NCBI RefSeq assembly: GCF_006345805.1
Contig: NC_043026.1
Coordinates: forward strand, 10,230,001-10,294,000
Direction of reading: 5' to 3'
Source of the DNA: Octopus sinensis
Lineage: Eukaryota
DNA: 64,000 bases
Shown here one piece after another: positions 23,683 to 44,448 of the stretch (its first letter is position 1; each line of letters begins with the position of its first letter). A program made the position numbers and the translations under genes. Under the pieces are notes generated by a model that was given only the letters and a program-made list of their open reading frames with translations, did no database searches and was not told where the DNA came from.

Positions 23683-25698
23683 CTACCCTTTTCCTGTCTT
23701 CCCTGTATGAATATGTCTGTGTCTTGTTAAGACAGAATTTTGACGAAATGCTTTACCACAGATATTACATTGAAATGGTTTTTCTCCTGTATGAATACGT
23801 TTATGTGCAATTAAGTTTCTATTGTCAGAGAAAGATTTACCACAGATTTCACAATGATATGGTTTCTCTCCTGTATGAATACTTTTGTGATTCATTAAGT
23901 TTCTATTGTCAGAGAATGATTTACCACAGATATCACAATGATGTGGTTTCTCTCCTCTATGAAAACGTTTGTGTCTAGTTAAGACATTATTATGAGAGAA
24001 TGATTTACCACAAATATCACAATGATATGGTTTCTCTCCTGTGTGAATACGTCTATGTGCAGTTAAGACACAATTAAAAGAGAATGATTTACCACAGATA
24101 TCACAGTGATATGGTTTCTCACCTGTATGAGTACGTTTGTGGGCAGTTAAGACTCTATTTTCATAGAATGATTTACCACAGATGTCACAGTGATACGGTT
24201 TCTCTCCTGTGTGAATACGTATGTGTATAGATAAGTTAATACTTTGAGAGAATGATTTACCACAGATATCACAGTGATATGGTTTCTCACCTGTATGAAT
24301 ACGTCTGTGTATAGTTACATGACTAATGTTAGTAAATGATTTACCACAGATATCACAATGATATGGTTTCTCTCCTGTATGAGTACGTTTGTGAGCAGTA
24401 ACATTACCACTCTGAGAGAATGATTTACCACAGATATCACAAGCATATGGTTTCTCTCCAGTGTGAATACGTTTGTGTCTATACAAGTAACTACTGTGAG
24501 ACGTATGAATATGTCTGTGTCTTATTAAGACAGAATTTTGGGAAAATGCTTTCCCACAGATATTACATTGAAATGGTTTCTCTCCTGTATGAATACGTTT
24601 ATGTGCAGTTAAGTTTCTATAGTCAGTGAATCCTTTACCACAGATATCACAGTGATATGGTTTCTCTCCAGTATGAGTACGTTTGTGCACATTAACATAA
24701 CCACTGCTAGAGAATGATTTACCACAGATATCACAATAATATGGTTTCTCTCCTGTGTGAATACGTTTATGTGCAGTTAAGACACAATTATAAGAGAATG
24801 ATTTACCACAGATATCGCAGTGAAATGGTTTCTCCCCTGTATGAACACGTTTGTGTCCAGTTAAATGAATACTTTGAGAGAATGATTTACCGCAGATATC
24901 ACAATGATATGGTTTCTCTCCTGTATGAATACGTTTATGTGTAGTTAAGTGATTATTCTGAGAGAATGATTTACCGCAGATATCACAATGATATTGTTTC
25001 TCTCCTGTATGAATTCCTTTGTGTACAGTTAAGTTACTATTTTCAGTGAATGATTTACCACAGACATCACAATGATATGGTTTCTCTCCTGTATGAATAC
25101 GTATGTGTTTTGTTAAGGCAGTATTGTCAGAGAATGGCTTACCACAGATATCACAATTATATGGTTTCTCTCCCGTGTGAATATGTCTGTGTGTAGATAA
25201 GTGACTACATCTAGAGAATGATTTACCACAGATATCACAATGATATGCTTTTTCACCTGTATGACTATTTTTGTGTTCCTTTAAGTGACTATTTATAGAG
25301 AATGATTTGCCACAGATATCACAATGATATGGCTTCTGCCCTGTATGAATACGTTTATGAGTAGTTAAGTGATCATTCTGAGAGAATGAGTTACCACAGA
25401 TATCACAATGATATGGTTTCTCCCCTGTATGAGTACGTTTATGTCTAGTTAAAACACTATTCTGAGAGAAAGATTTACCACAGACATCACAGTGGTATGG
25501 CTTCTCTCCTATATGAATTCGTTTGTGTACAGTTAAGTTACTATTTTGAGAGAATGATTTACCACAGATATCACATGGATATGATTTCTCTCCAGTGTGA
25601 ATACGTTTGTGTCTAGATAAGTAACTACTGTGAGAGAAGGATTTACCACAGATATCACAGTGATATGGTTTCTCCTCTGTATGAATACGTTTGTGCAT
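23683..25698 (-). CDS. C2H2 zinc-finger protein, array copy 3 (23 fingers plus an internal half finger; fusion gene)
   Basis: 671-aa open finger ORF with the internal junction RHRHIHT|SHSSYLYRH at ~24502. Confidence 0.85.
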   Translation of the reverse strand: MHKRIHTEEKPYHCDICGKSFSHSSYLSRHKRIHTGEKSYPCDICGKSFSQNSNLTVHKRIHIGEKPYHCDVCGKSFSQNSVLTRHKRTHTGEKPYHCDICGNSFSQNDHLTTHKRIHTGQKPYHCDICGKSFSINSHLKEHKNSHTGEKAYHCDICGKSFSRCSHLSTHRHIHTGEKPYNCDICGKPFSDNTALTKHIRIHTGEKPYHCDVCGKSFTENSNLTVHKGIHTGEKQYHCDICGKSFSQNNHLTTHKRIHTGEKPYHCDICGKSFSQSIHLTGHKRVHTGEKPFHCDICGKSFSYNCVLTAHKRIHTGEKPYYCDICGKSFSSSGYVNVHKRTHTGEKPYHCDICGKGFTDYRNLTAHKRIHTGEKPFQCNICGKAFSQNSVLIRHRHIHTSHSSYLYRHKRIHTGEKPYACDICGKSFSQSGNVTAHKRTHTGEKPYHCDICGKSFTNISHVTIHRRIHTGEKPYHCDICGKSFSQSINLSIHIRIHTGEKPYHCDICGKSFYENRVLTAHKRTHTGEKPYHCDICGKSFSFNCVLTAHRRIHTGEKPYHCDICGKSFSHNNVLTRHKRFHRGEKPHHCDICGKSFSDNRNLMNHKSIHTGEKPYHCEICGKSFSDNRNLIAHKRIHTGEKPFQCNICGKAFRQNSVLTRHRHIHTGKTGKG

Positions 25699-27334
25699 AA
25701 TTAGTTTAATTTCTTTAAAAAAAGACTTCTATAAAGATATCACAGTCACATGATCTAATCACTTCTCTCATGTGTTCAGAAGAAATGAATCATACAATTT
25801 TTTCACTCTCTTCCAATATTTTGCCTCTCAAATCCCAGCTTATATTTTTTCTTCTTTTTCTTTTTATACTTTATTTCTTGCAAACAGTTCTTCTGCTGTA
25901 TTTATGTCCAGTGTTACTTATGTTTAGCAACACTTCAATTAATTTATCCAACTTCAATCAGCACACAGGCTTCTCTTCTTCACACTCCAGTTGGTGATGT
26001 CCAGAAATTTGGCTAATAACATTTTTTCAGAACAAATGTTTCACAGGAATTCATCTACAGTTTTGTAAAACCAATCTGATACATCTGTTTCATAGAATAT
26101 TTTCTTTTAGTCTTTAAAACAGGATAGAGTTGAGGGTTCGTCTTCCGTTACACCACTGTCATCTGATGCTCTGAAATTAAAGACAAAGAACAGTGTCAGA
26201 TGTAGAGGCTATTTAAAAAAATAAATGATTCATTTCTATAGAGATAATCTGAAGAGATAAACATTTGCCTTAACTGAGCTGGATGCTGACAGCACCACAA
26301 AGAAGTGCTAACCTCTAAAAGCAGATGGAACATGTGGGTCACCCAGAAAGACAGGCTATGAAGTGCTGAAGAACTTTTCAGGTGAGATGACAAAGGACCA
26401 ACATTCCTGGTGCCTTGTTGTACTCAAGAAGATCCACACTTCATAACAGATGTGTTAAGACTCATCCCTCTTCTAGTTAAAAGCACTTACGGCCATTCCT
26501 CATAAAAGTAGCCATGCAATGGCACGTAAAAATGCTGCTACATTCAAATGTCCATGTGGTGCCACATAAAAGCACCCAATGGCACAATATAGAGTGTTTG
26601 GCACTTGGAAAGGCATCCAGTAGAAACCATGACAATTCAGACTGAAGAAGTTAGTCGGGGAATTTTCACAATGCCGATTTTTGGCAATTTTCCGGAATGT
26701 CCGTATCCGAAAACGGGGATTTTTGGCAAGAAAAATTAATTTTCAATAAACAAATTTGGGAGAAAATAGGGGTGGGCATTGTTGGAAGTCTTTTATTAAT
26801 TTATTTTATTTCGTTTCCAAGTAATGTTGTAAACATTAACCAAATAAGGTTTTGGCTTCTAAACATTTCAGTATTTCTCAAACTAAAACACGCCACAAAC
26901 GGGGCAACGATGGAGAGTGCAGACGGTAGCTTCCAAAGCTAGAAATAGCAGCTAAATCACACACGTAGCTAGAAATAACAGCCAAATCTCGCACAAACGA
27001 AGGACATCTCTTATTCATAAAACATAGAAGAGAAAAAAAGAAATGACGCGCCAAAAACCGAAACGTCTACAGAATTAAAAACATTGAATATTTTCATTGT
27101 TTAATACTTACGGAACTGTTTCATAAAGGACAGTGTTGTTATGTATGTGTGTGTCTGGTAGTTGAGGAATACATTAGAACTATTATAAATGTATTATTAG
27201 CTGATTAAGAGAAATTCACGCACCTGCACATTTAACCAGATATCAACGTCAAGCAGGAAGGACGTTTAAACGCGCATGTGTCGGTAGAAAATAGCGAAGG
27301 GAGCTAAGTCTCCTTAAATCACGGGTTTAATATC

Positions 27335-27795
27335 TTATTTCTTTATTTATTATTATTTTATCCAGTTTCAGCTCACGAGCTGTGGCCATGCTGGGGCACC
27401 GCCATTTGGTGTTGCTACATGATTTTACTTGACGAATGCTTTTTTGCAAATGCCATTTGGTGCATGAGAGAGTTCGATGCGGCTGCCCTCATCTGCACCT
27501 CCTGCCGTGAAGTTGGTTCATCTGGGATACCTGACAGGAAGAGATCTAGTTTTATTTTAAAAACATCTGCATCCACCCCATGCAGGTCTCTCAGGTTCTT
27601 CAGGAGGATATTGAAGAGATGTGGGCCTCTGAAGCCCAGGCTATCACAGTATCTTTTCCTACATCTTGATGGCAAATTTGGAGTCCTTGGCACCACGCAG
27701 TGGCACACAGTACTGGCATTTGTGTAACTCTCGATGCCAAAGTCTGGGACAAGTCCTTCTAGGATCTTCCGGGTGTATATTATTGCATATCTCTC
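27335..27795 (-). mobile_element. CR1-group LINE 3' fragment, unit 3
   Basis: Copy of 15258-15713. Confidence 0.75.
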
Positions 27796-28748
27796 GTCGA
27801 TAGCTGGAAATAGTAGCTAAATCTTGCACAAATTATAGACATCTCTCATCGATTGCTAGAAATAGCAGCCAAATCACGCAAAATTCAAGGAAATCATTCG
27901 TTCATAAAACACAGAGGAGAAACAAAGAATCGATGCGCCAAAAAACCGAAAGTCTACAGAATTAAAAGCATGGAAGATCTTCGTTGTTTAATACTTAGGG
28001 AAATGTTTCATAAGGGATAGTGTTGTTATATGTGTGTGTGTATCTGGTAGCTGAGGAATGCGTTAGAGTTATTATAAATGAATTATCAGCTGATTAAAAG
28101 GAATTCGTTCACAGGACATTTAAGCCATGTGTAACATGAAAATTTGTAGGATAGATGTCCCTACATCATGTGTGAGAAAAAGGGCAGGGAACTGGGGAAG
28201 GGGATTAAAAATGTAAATAAATACCTGTTGCACAGCCGCCAGCAGGCAGCCCCAGCAAGTTGTTAAGGTGAGACAGTGTCACACGACAACTTGCTGGGGG
28301 TGCCTGCTGGAGCCTTTGCGGCAGGTATTTAAAGAGAAAAATTTGATGAGACGGTCAGTCACCGGCTGACACTCGCTGACGATACATCGAAGCCAGGGAA
28401 GAGAAGGAAGAAGACATGCACCCAACACCAGAGCTGAAGACACCTCCGAAAGTGGGGGACCCGTCACGTCAAGACAGTAGAGGAGTAGGGGCCGAAACCG
28501 GGCGTGGTTCCTCCTGATGATGTCTTTAGCTAACTGGAACCTATAAAGGATCTGTTATGGTAGCAAACCACGAAACACGGTTGTAATTCCTCAAATAATA
28601 TAATTGCAGGTTCACGAAATAAATTAAATAACAAAACAAGATATTATTAAAGAATTATTTAACGAGAACTTTAGTCTTGAAACATTTTCACGATGATACT
28701 CCTACACACATCATTGGTCATAACTTCCTGGACAACCTTATAAATTAT

Positions 28749-29605
28749 ACGGTGTGGGTCTTCACAGTCACGGCATATCTCCAAAGGCCAGTGTCTCTTG
28801 TCATTGCCTCTGTGAAGCCCACCATTTGAAGTCATGCCTAACCACCTCATCTTATGTCTTCCTGGGTCTCCCTCTTCCGCAAGTTCCTTCCACTGTTAGG
28901 GAGTGACACTTCTTCACAAAGCTCTCCTCATCCATATGCAGCAAAGGAACATACAAACACAGTCGTCTCTCTTGCACACCACATCTGATGCTTCTCATAT
29001 CCAACATTTCTCTAAGGGCACTTATACTCTGTCGTGCATGGACACTGACATTACACATCCAGCAGATCATACTAGCTTCATTTCTTTCAAGCCTACATAT
29101 GTCCTCAACAGTCATGGCCCATGTTACTCTGCCGTGTAGCATGGCAGTACACACACATGCATCATACAGTCTACATTTCACTCTCAACGAGTTGTCCTTT
29201 GACACCAGTAGAGGCCGGAAATTTCTGAACTTTGCACAGGCTATTCTTATTCTAGTGACAACGGTCTCCGAGCATCCACACCAACTACAGACATAGTCAC
29301 ATAGGTAACAGAAGTTATCAACTATTTCTAGTTTCTCCCTCTAGCATGTGATGGAATCTGTTTGCTGAGCATCTTCAGTGTTTATTGCTCCTATGCATCT
29401 GCCACACAAAAAAGCTGTCAGCCGTAGCCTATACCAGTGTCGCATAACCAGCCCATTTCAGAAGTACCTTTGAATCGTTGGGTGACACACTGTGCTTAAG
29501 GGGACCTACTGAGTCAAGTAAAATCAAAAATGGAAACTGTAGTTGTGGCCGATGCCAGCGCCACCTGGCTGGCCCCCTGTGCCAGTGGAATGTAAAAAGC
29601 ACCAT
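28749..29605 (-). mobile_element. RTE LINE fragment, unit 4
   Basis: Copy of 10940-11795. Confidence 0.75.
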
Positions 29606-30120
29606 CAAAGAGTAACATTTTCCTTTACGGCAAAGCATGCCCCTTATTCAATCAAATTACAAAGGTTACCCTGATTACTACCCATGACATGCAAAATGTC
29701 TTATTTTTTTGTAGATTAAGGAGCCATAATTCGCCCCTGCCCCTCAATTCCAGTGTTAAAACTATATATAGTACAGCTGTAGTACATGTGCTGTGTACAC
29801 TCCTATAACAACGTTTTCTTTACATGCTAAAGACACAAGTAATTCTGCCTCCAACTCAGTCGCATGCCTGTGTTTCACTATGCAAACGTCACCGATGTCC
29901 TACCCTGAGTAATTACTGATGGCACATGCCTGATGTGTAGGGTTGTCAGGAGGAGGGGTTTTGGTACATTATGGAAAGGAATCTGTACAAGCAGTTGTGG
30001 AAGAAGGAGAGGCAAACATTACAAAAACAAAACAAAGAAATATAAAAATTTGAAATATTTTACTCATATTTTCCATTACACGAAACACAAGAATATTAAA
30101 AATATATAGCGAACAAGGAA

Positions 30121-31128
<1,008 letters not shown>

Positions 31129-32748
31129 TCACAGTCACATGATCTAATCACTTCTCTCATGTGTTCAGAAGAAATGAATCATACAATTTTTTCACTCTCT
31201 TCCAATATTTTGCCTCTCAAATCCCAGTTTATATTTTTTCTTCTTTTTCTTTTTATACTTTATTTCTTGCAAACAGTTCTTCTGCTGTATTTATGTCCAG
31301 TGTTACTTATGTTTAGCAACACTTCAATTAATTTATCCAACTTCAATCAGCACACAGGCTTCTCTTCTTCACACTCCAGTTGGTGATGTCAAGAAATTTG
31401 GCTAATAACATTTTTTCAGAACAAATGTTTCACAGGAATCCTTCTACAGTTTTGTAAAACCAATCTGATACATCTGTTTCGGAGAATATTTTCTTTTAGT
31501 CTTTAAAACAGGATAGAGTTGAGGGTTTGTCTTCCGCTACACCACTGTCATCTGATGCTCTGAAATTAAAGACAAAGAACAGTGTCAGATGTAGAGGCTA
31601 TTTAAAAAAATAAATGATTCATTTCTATAGAGATAATCTGAAGAGATAAACATTTGCCTTAACTGAGCTGGATGCTGACAGCACCACAAAGAAGTGCTAA
31701 CCTCTAAAAGCAGATGGAACATGTGGGTCACCCAGAAAGACAGGCTATGAAGTGCTGAAGAACTTTTCAGGTGAGATGACAAAGGACCAACATTCCTGGG
31801 GCCTTGTTGTACTCAAGAAGATCCACACTTCATAACAGATGTGTTAAGACTCATCCCACTTCTAGTTAAAAGCACTTACGGCCATTCCTCATAAAAGTAG
31901 CCATGCAATGCCATGTAAAAATGCTGCTACATTCAAATGTCCATGTGGTGCCACATAAAAGCACCCTATGGCACATTATAGAGTGGTTGGCACTTGGAAA
32001 GGCATCCAGTAGAAACCATGACAATTCAGACTGAAGAAGTTAGTCGGGGAATTTTCACAATGCCGATTTTTGGCAATTTTCCGGAATCTCCGTATCCGAA
32101 AACGGGGATTTTTGGCAAAAAAAAAATTAATTTTCAATAAACAAATTTGGGAGAAAATAGGGGTGGGCATTGTTGGAAGTCTTTTATTAATTTATTTTAT
32201 TTCGTTTCCAAGTAATGTTGTAAACATTAACCAAATAAGGTTTTGGCTTCTAAACATTTCAGTGGTCAGGGTGTCATTCAGTACATTTCTCAAACTAAAA
32301 CACGCAATAAACGGGGCAACGATGGAGAGTGCAGACGGTAGCTTCCAAAGCTAGAAATAGCAGCTAAATCACACACGTAGCTAGAAATAACAGCCAAATC
32401 TCGCACAAACGAAGGACATCTCTCATTCATAAAACATAGAAGAGAAACAAAGAATTGACGCGCCAAAAACCAAAACGTCTACAGAATTAAAAACATTGAA
32501 TATTTTCATTGTTTAATACTTACGGAACTGTTTCATAAAGGACAGTGTTGTTATGTATGTGTGTGTCTGGTAGTTGAGGATACATTAGAACTATTATAAA
32601 TGTATTATTAGCTGATTAAGAGAAATTCACGCACCTGCACATTTAACCAGATATCAACGTCAAGCAGGAAGGACGTTTAAACGCGCATGTGTCGGTAGAA
32701 AATAGCGAAGGGAGCTAAGTCTCCTTAAATCAATTGGGTTTAATATCT

Positions 32749-33207
32749 TGTTTATTTATTTATTATTATTTTATCCAGTTTCAGCTCACGAGCTGTGGCC
32801 ATGCTGGGGCACCGCCATTTGGTGTTGCTACATGATTTTACTTGACGAATGCTTTTTAGCACCTGCCATTTGGTGCATGAGAGAGTTCGATGCAGCTGCC
32901 CTTATTTGCACCTCCTGCCGTGAAGTTGGTTCATCTGGGATACCTGAGAGGAAGAGACCCAGTTTTATTTTAAAGACATCTGCATTCACCCCATGCAGGT
33001 CTCTCAGGTTCTTCGGGACGATATTGAAGAGATGTGGGCCTCTGAAGCCCAGGCTATCACAGTATCTTGTCCTACATCTTGATGGCAAATTTGGAGTCCT
33101 TGGCACCACGCAGTGGCACACAGTTCTGGCATTTGTGTAACTCTCGATGCCAAAGTTTGGGACAAGTCCTTCTAGGATCTTCCGGTGTATATTATTGCAT
33201 ATCTCTC
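32749..33207 (-). mobile_element. CR1-group LINE 3' fragment, unit 4
   Basis: Copy of 15258-15713. Confidence 0.75.
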
Positions 33208-34205
33208 GTCGATAGCTGGAAATAAGTAGCTAAATCTTGCACAAATTATAGACATCTCTCATCGATTGCTAGAAATAGCAGCCAAATCACGCAAAAGTCA
33301 AGGACATCATTCGTTCATAAAACACAGAGGAGAAACAAAGAATCGATGCGCCTAAAAAACCGAAAGTCTACAGAATTAAAAGCATGGAAGATCTTCATTG
33401 TTAATACTTACGGAAATGTTTCATAAGGGATAGTGTCGTTATATGTGTTGTGTGTATCTGGTAGCTGAGGAATGCGTTAGAGTTATTATAAATGAATTAT
33501 CAGCTGATTAAAAGACGACGCATTGCGTTAGAGTTATTATAAATGAATTATCAGCTGATTAAAAGGAATTCATTCACAGGACATTTAAGCCATGTGTAAC
33601 ATGAAAATTTGTAGGATAGATGTCCCTACATCACGTGTGAGAAAAAGGGCAGGGAACTGGGGAAGGGGATTAAAAATGTAAATAAATACCTGTCGCACAG
33701 GCTCCAGCAGGCTGTCCCTTAAGGTGAGACAGTGTCACACGACAACTTGCTGGGGGTGCCTGCTGGAGCCTTTGCGACAGGTATTTAAAGAGAAAAGTTT
33801 GACGAGACAGTCAGTCACCGGCTGACACTCGCTGACGATACATCGAAGAGGCCAGGGAAGAGAAGGAAGAAGACATGCACCCAACCCCAGAGCTTAAGAC
33901 AACTCCGAAAGTGGGGGCCCCGTCACGTCAAGACAGTAGAGTAGGGGCCGAAACCGGGCGTGGTTCCTCCTGATGATGTCTTCAGATAACTGGATCCTAT
34001 AAAGGATCTTTTGTGGTAGCAGACCACGAAACACGGTTGTAATTCCTCAAATAATATAATTGCAGATTCACGAAATAAATTAAATAACAAAACAAGATAT
34101 TATTAAAGAATTATTTAACGAGAACTTTAGTCTTGAAACATTTTCACGATGATACTCCAACACACATCATTGGTCATAACTTCCTGGACAACCTTATAAA
34201 TTATA

Positions 34206-35060
34206 CGGTGTGGGTCTTCACAGGCACAGCATATCTCCAGAGGCCTGTGTCTCTTGTCATTGCCTCTGTGAAGCCCACCATTTGAAGTCATGCCTAACCA
34301 CCTCATCTTATGTCTTCCTGGGACTCCCTCTTCCACAAGTTCCTTCCATTGTTAGGGAGTGACACTTCCTCACAAAGCTCTCCTCATCCATATGCAGCAC
34401 AGGAACATACAAACACAGTCGTCTCTTGCACACCACATCTGATGCTTCTCATATCCAACCTTTCTCTAAGGGCACTTATACTCTGTCGTGCATGGACACT
34501 GACATTACACATCCAGCAGATCATACTAGCTTCATTTCTTTCAAGCCTACATATGTCCTCAACAGTCATGGCCATGTTACTCTGCCGTGTAGCATGGCAG
34601 TACACACACATGCATCATACAGTCTATATTTCACTCTGAACGAGTGGTCCTTTGACACCAGTAGAGGCCGGATATTTCTGAACTTTGCACAGGCTATTCT
34701 TATTCTAGTGACAACGGTCTCCGAGCATCCACACCAACTACAGACATAGTCACCTAGGTAACAGAAGTTATCAACTATTTCTAGTTTCTCCCTCTAGCAT
34801 GTGATGGAATCTGTTTGCTGAGCATCTTCGGTGTTTATTGCTCCTGTGCATCTGCCACACGCACAAAAGCTGTCAGCCGTAGCCTATACCAGTGTCGCAT
34901 AACCAGCCCATTTCAGAAGTACCTTTGAATCGTTGGGTGACACACTGTGCTTAAGGGACCTACTGAGTCAAGTAAAATCAAAAATGGAAACTGTAGTTGT
35001 GGCCGATGCCAGCGCCACCTGACTGGCCCCCTGTGCCAGTGGAATGTAAAAAGCACCATC
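34206..35060 (-). mobile_element. RTE LINE fragment, unit 5
   Basis: Copy of 10940-11795. Confidence 0.75.
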
Positions 35061-35574
35061 AAAAAGTAACATTTTTCTTTTACGGCAGAGTCTGCCCCTT
35101 ATTCAATAAAATTACAAAGGTTACCCTGATTACTACCCATAACATGCAAAATGTCATATTTTTTTGTAGATTAAAGAGCCATAATGCGCCCCTGCCCTCA
35201 ATTCCAGTGTTAAAACTATATATAGTACAACTGTAGTACATGTGCTGTGTACACTCCTATAACAACGTTTTCTTTACATGCTAAAGACAAAAGTAATTCT
35301 GCCCTCCAACTCAGTCGCATACCTGTGTTTCACTATGCAAACGTCACGATGCCCTACCTGGGTAATTACTGCTGGCACATGCCTGATAGTAGGGTTGTCA
35401 GGAGGAGGGGTTTTGGTACATTATGGAAAGGAATCTGTACAAGCAGTTGTGGAAGAAGGAGAGGCAAATATTACAAAAACAAAACAAAGAAATAGAAAAT
35501 TTTTGAAATATTTTTACTCATATTTTCCATTACACGAAACACAAGATTATTAAAAATATATAGCGAACAAGGAA

Positions 35575-37819
<2,245 letters not shown>

Positions 37820-39466
37820 AATTAGTTTACTTTTCTTTTACAAAAAGACATCTATAAAGTTATCACAGTCACATGATCTAATCACTTCTCTCATGTGTTC
37901 AGAAGAAATGAATCATACAATTTTTTCACTCTCTTCCAATATTTTGCCTCTCAAATCCCAGCGTATATTTTTTCTTCTTTTTCTTTTTATACTTTATTTC
38001 TTGCAAACAGTTCTTCTGCTGTATTTATGTCCAGTGTTACTTATGTTTAGCAACCTTCAATTAATTTATCCAACTTCAATCAGCACACAGGCTTCTCTTC
38101 TTCACACTCCAGTTGGTGATGTCCAGAAATTTGGCTAATAACATTTTTTCAGAACAAATGTTTCACAGGAATCCTTCTACAGTTTTTAAACCAATCTGAT
38201 ACATCTGTTTCATAGAATATTTTTTTTAGTCTTTAAAACAGGATAGAGTTGCGGTTCGTCTTCGTTTACACACTGTCATCTGATGCTCTGAAATTAAAGA
38301 CAAAGAACAGTGTCAGATGTAGAGGCTATTTAAAAAAAATAAATGATTCATTTTCTAATAGAGATAATCTGAAGAGATAAACATTTGCCTTAACTGAGCT
38401 GGATGCTGACAGCACCACAAAGAAGTGCTAACCTCTAAAAGCAGATGGAACATGTGGGTCACCCAGAAAGACAGGCTATGAAGTGCTGAAGAACTTTTCA
38501 GGTGAGATGACAAGGACCAAACATTCCTGGTGCCTTGTTGTACTCAAGAAGATCCACACTTAAACAGATGTGTTAAGACTATCCCTCTTCTAGTTAAAAG
38601 CATTTACGGCCATTCCTCATAAAAAGTAGCCATGCAATGCCATGTAAAAATGCTGATACATCAAATGTCCATGTGGGCGACATAAAAGCACCCTATGGCA
38701 CAATATAGAGTGGTTGGCACTTGGAAAGCATCCAGTAGAAACCATGACAATTCAGACTGAGAAGTTAGTCGGGGAATTTTCACAATGCCGATTTTTGGCA
38801 ATTCTCCGGAATGTCCGTATCCGAAAACGGGATTTTTGGCAAAAAAAAATTAATTTTCAAAAACAAATTTGGGAGAAAATAGGGGTGGGCATTGGTGGAA
38901 GTCTTTTATTAATTTATTTTATTTCGCTTCCAAGTAATGTTGTAAACATTAACCAATAAGGTTTTGGCTTCTAAACATTTCAGTGGTCAGGTGTCATTCA
39001 GTACATTTCTCAAACTAAAACACGCAATAAACGGGGCAACGATGGAGAGTGCAGACGGTAGCTTCCAAAGCTAGAAATAGCAGCTAAATCACACACGTAG
39101 CTAGAAATAACAGCCAATCTCGCACAAACGAAGGACATCTCTCATTCATAAAACATAGAAGAGAAACAAAGAATTGACGCGCCAAAAACCAAAACGTCTA
39201 CAGAATTAAAAACATTGAATATTTTCATTGTTTAATACTTACGGAACTGTTTCATAAAGGACAGTGTTGTTATGTATGTGTGTGTCTGGTAGTTGAGGAA
39301 TACATTAGAACTATTATAAATGTATTATTAGCTGATTAGAGAAATTCACGCACCTGCACATTTAACCAGATATCAACGTCAAGCAGGAAGGACGTTTAAA
39401 CGCGCATGTGTCGGTAGAAAATAGCGAAGGGAGCTAAGTCTCCTTAAATCATTGGGTTTAATATCT

Positions 39467-39921
39467 TGTTTATTTATTTATTATTATTTTATCCAGTTTC
39501 AGCACACGAGCTGTGGCCAGGCTGGGGCACCGCCATTTGGTGTTGCTACATGATTTACTTCACGAATGCTTTTTTGCAATGCCATTTGGTGCATGAGAGA
39601 GTTCGATGCAGCTGCCCTTATTTGCACCTCCTGCCGTGAAGTTGGTTCATCTGGGATACCTGAGAGGAAGAGACCAGTTTTATTTTAAAAACATCTGCAT
39701 CCACCCCATGCAGGTCTCTCAGGTTCTTCGGGAGGATATTGAAGAGCTGTGGGCCTCTGAAGCCCAGGCTATCACAATATCTTGTCCTACATCTTGATGG
39801 CAAATTTGGAGTCCTGGCACCACGCAGTGGCACACAGTTCTGGCATTTGTGTAAACTCTCGATGCCAAAGTTTGGGACAAGTCCTTCTAGGATCTTCCGG
39901 GTGTATATTATTGCATATCTC
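39467..39921 (-). mobile_element. CR1-group LINE 3' fragment, unit 5
   Basis: Copy of 15258-15713. Confidence 0.7.
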
Positions 39922-40860
39922 ACGTCGATAGCTGGAAATAATAGCTAAATCTTGCACAAATTATAGACATCTCTCATCGATTGCTAGAAATAGCAGCCAA
40001 ATCACGCAAAAGTCAAGGACATCATTCGTTCATAAAACACAGAGGAGAAACAAAGAATCGATGCGCCAAAAAACCGAAAGTCTACAGAATTAAAAGCATG
40101 GAAGATCTTCGTTGTTTAATACTTAGGGAAATGTTTCATAAGGGATAGTGTGGTATATGTGTGTCTGTATCTGGTAGCTGAGGAATGCGTTAGAGTTTAT
40201 TATAAATGAATTAACAGCTGATTAAAAGGAATTCATTCACAGGACATTTAAGCCATGTGTAACATGAGAATTTGTAGGTTAGATGTCCCTACATCACGTG
40301 TGAGAAAAAGGGCAGGGAACTGGGAAGGGGATTAAAAATGTAAATAAATACCTGTCGCACAGGCTCCAGCAGGCAGTCCCTTAAGGTGAGACAGTGTCAC
40401 ACGACAACTTGCTGGGGCTGCCTGCTGGAGCCTTTGCGGCAGGTATTTAAAGAGAAAGTTTCACGAGACAGTCAGTCACCGGCTGACACTCGCTGACGAT
40501 ACATCGAAGAGGCCAGGAACAGAAGAAAGAAGGCATGCACCCAACACAGAGCTGAAGACACCTCCGAAAGTGGGGGCCCCGTCACGTCAAGACATAGAGG
40601 AGAAGGGGCCGAAACCGGGCGTGGTTCCTCCTGATGATGTCTTCAGATAACTGGATCCTATAAAGATCTTTTGTGGTAGCAGACCACGAAACACGGTTGT
40701 AATTTCTCAAATAATATAGTTGCAGGTTCACGAAATAAATTAAATAACAAAACAAGATATTATAAAGAATTATTTAACGAGAACTTTAGTCTTGAAACAT
40801 TTTCACGATGATACTCCTACACACATCATTGTCATAACTTCCTGGACAATTATAAATTAT

Positions 40861-41712
40861 ACGGTGTGGGTCTTCACAGTCACGGCATATCTCCAGAGGC
40901 CTGTGTCTCTTGTCATTGCCTCTGTGAAGCCCACCATTTGAAGTCGTGCCTAACCACCTCATCTTATGTCTTCCTGGGTCTCCCTCTTCCGCAAGTTCCT
41001 TCCATTGTTAGGGAGTGACACTTCTTCACAAAGCTCTCCTCATCCATATGCAGCACATGAACATACAAACACGTCGTCTCTCTTGCACACATCTGATGCT
41101 TCTATATCCAACATTTCTCTAAGGGCACTTATACTCTGTCGTGCATGGACACTGACATTACACATCCAGCAGATCATACTAGCTTCATTTCTTTCAAGCC
41201 TACATATGTCCTCAACAGTCATGGCCCATGTTACTCTGCCGTGTAGCATGGCAGTACACACACATGCATCATACAGTCTATATTTCACTCTGAAAGAGTG
41301 GTCCTTTGACACCAGTAGAGGCCGGAAATTTCTGAAATTTGCACAGGCTATTCTTATTCTAGTGACAACGGTCTCCGAGCATCCACACCAACTACAGACA
41401 TAGTCACCTAGGTAACAGAAGTTATCAACTATTTCTAGTTTCTCCCTCTAGCATGTGATGGAATCTGTTTGCTGAGCATCTTCGGTGTTTATTGCTCCTG
41501 TGCATCTGCCACACACAAAAGCTGTCAGCCGTAGCCTATACCAGTGTCGCATAACCAGCCCATTTCAGAAGTACCTTTGAATCGTTGGGTGACACACTGT
41601 GCTTAAGGGGACCTACTAAGTCAAGTAAAATCAAAAATGGAAACTGTAGTTGTGGCCGATGCCAGCGCCACCTGACTGGCCCCCTGTGCCAGTGGAATGT
41701 AAAAAGCATCAT
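40861..41712 (-). mobile_element. RTE LINE fragment, unit 6
   Basis: Copy of 10940-11795. Confidence 0.75.
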
Positions 41713-42227
41713 CAAAAAGTAACATTTTTCTTTTACGGCAAAGCATGCCCCTTATTTAATCAAATTACAAAGGTTACCCTGATTACTACCCATGACATGC
41801 AAAATGTCTTATTTTTTTGTAGATTAAGGAGCCATAATTCGCCCCTGCCCCTCAATTCCAGTGTTAAAACTACATATAGTACAACTGTAGTACATGTGCT
41901 GTGTACACTCCGATAACAACGTTTTCTTTACATGCTAAAGACAAAAGTAATTCTGCCTCCAACTCAGTCGCATGCCTGTGTTTCACTATACAAACGTCAC
42001 CGATGCCCTACCCTGGGTAATTACTGCTGGCACATGCCTGATATGTAGGGTTGTCAGGAGGAGGGGTTTTGGTACATTATGGAAAGGAATCTGTAAAAGC
42101 AGTTGTGGAAGAAGGAGAGGCAAACATTACAAAAACAAAACAAAGAAATATAAAATTTTTGAAATATTTTTACTCATTTTTCCATTACACGAAACACAAG
42201 AATATTAAAAATATAGCGAACAAGGAA

Positions 42228-44448
<2,221 letters not shown>

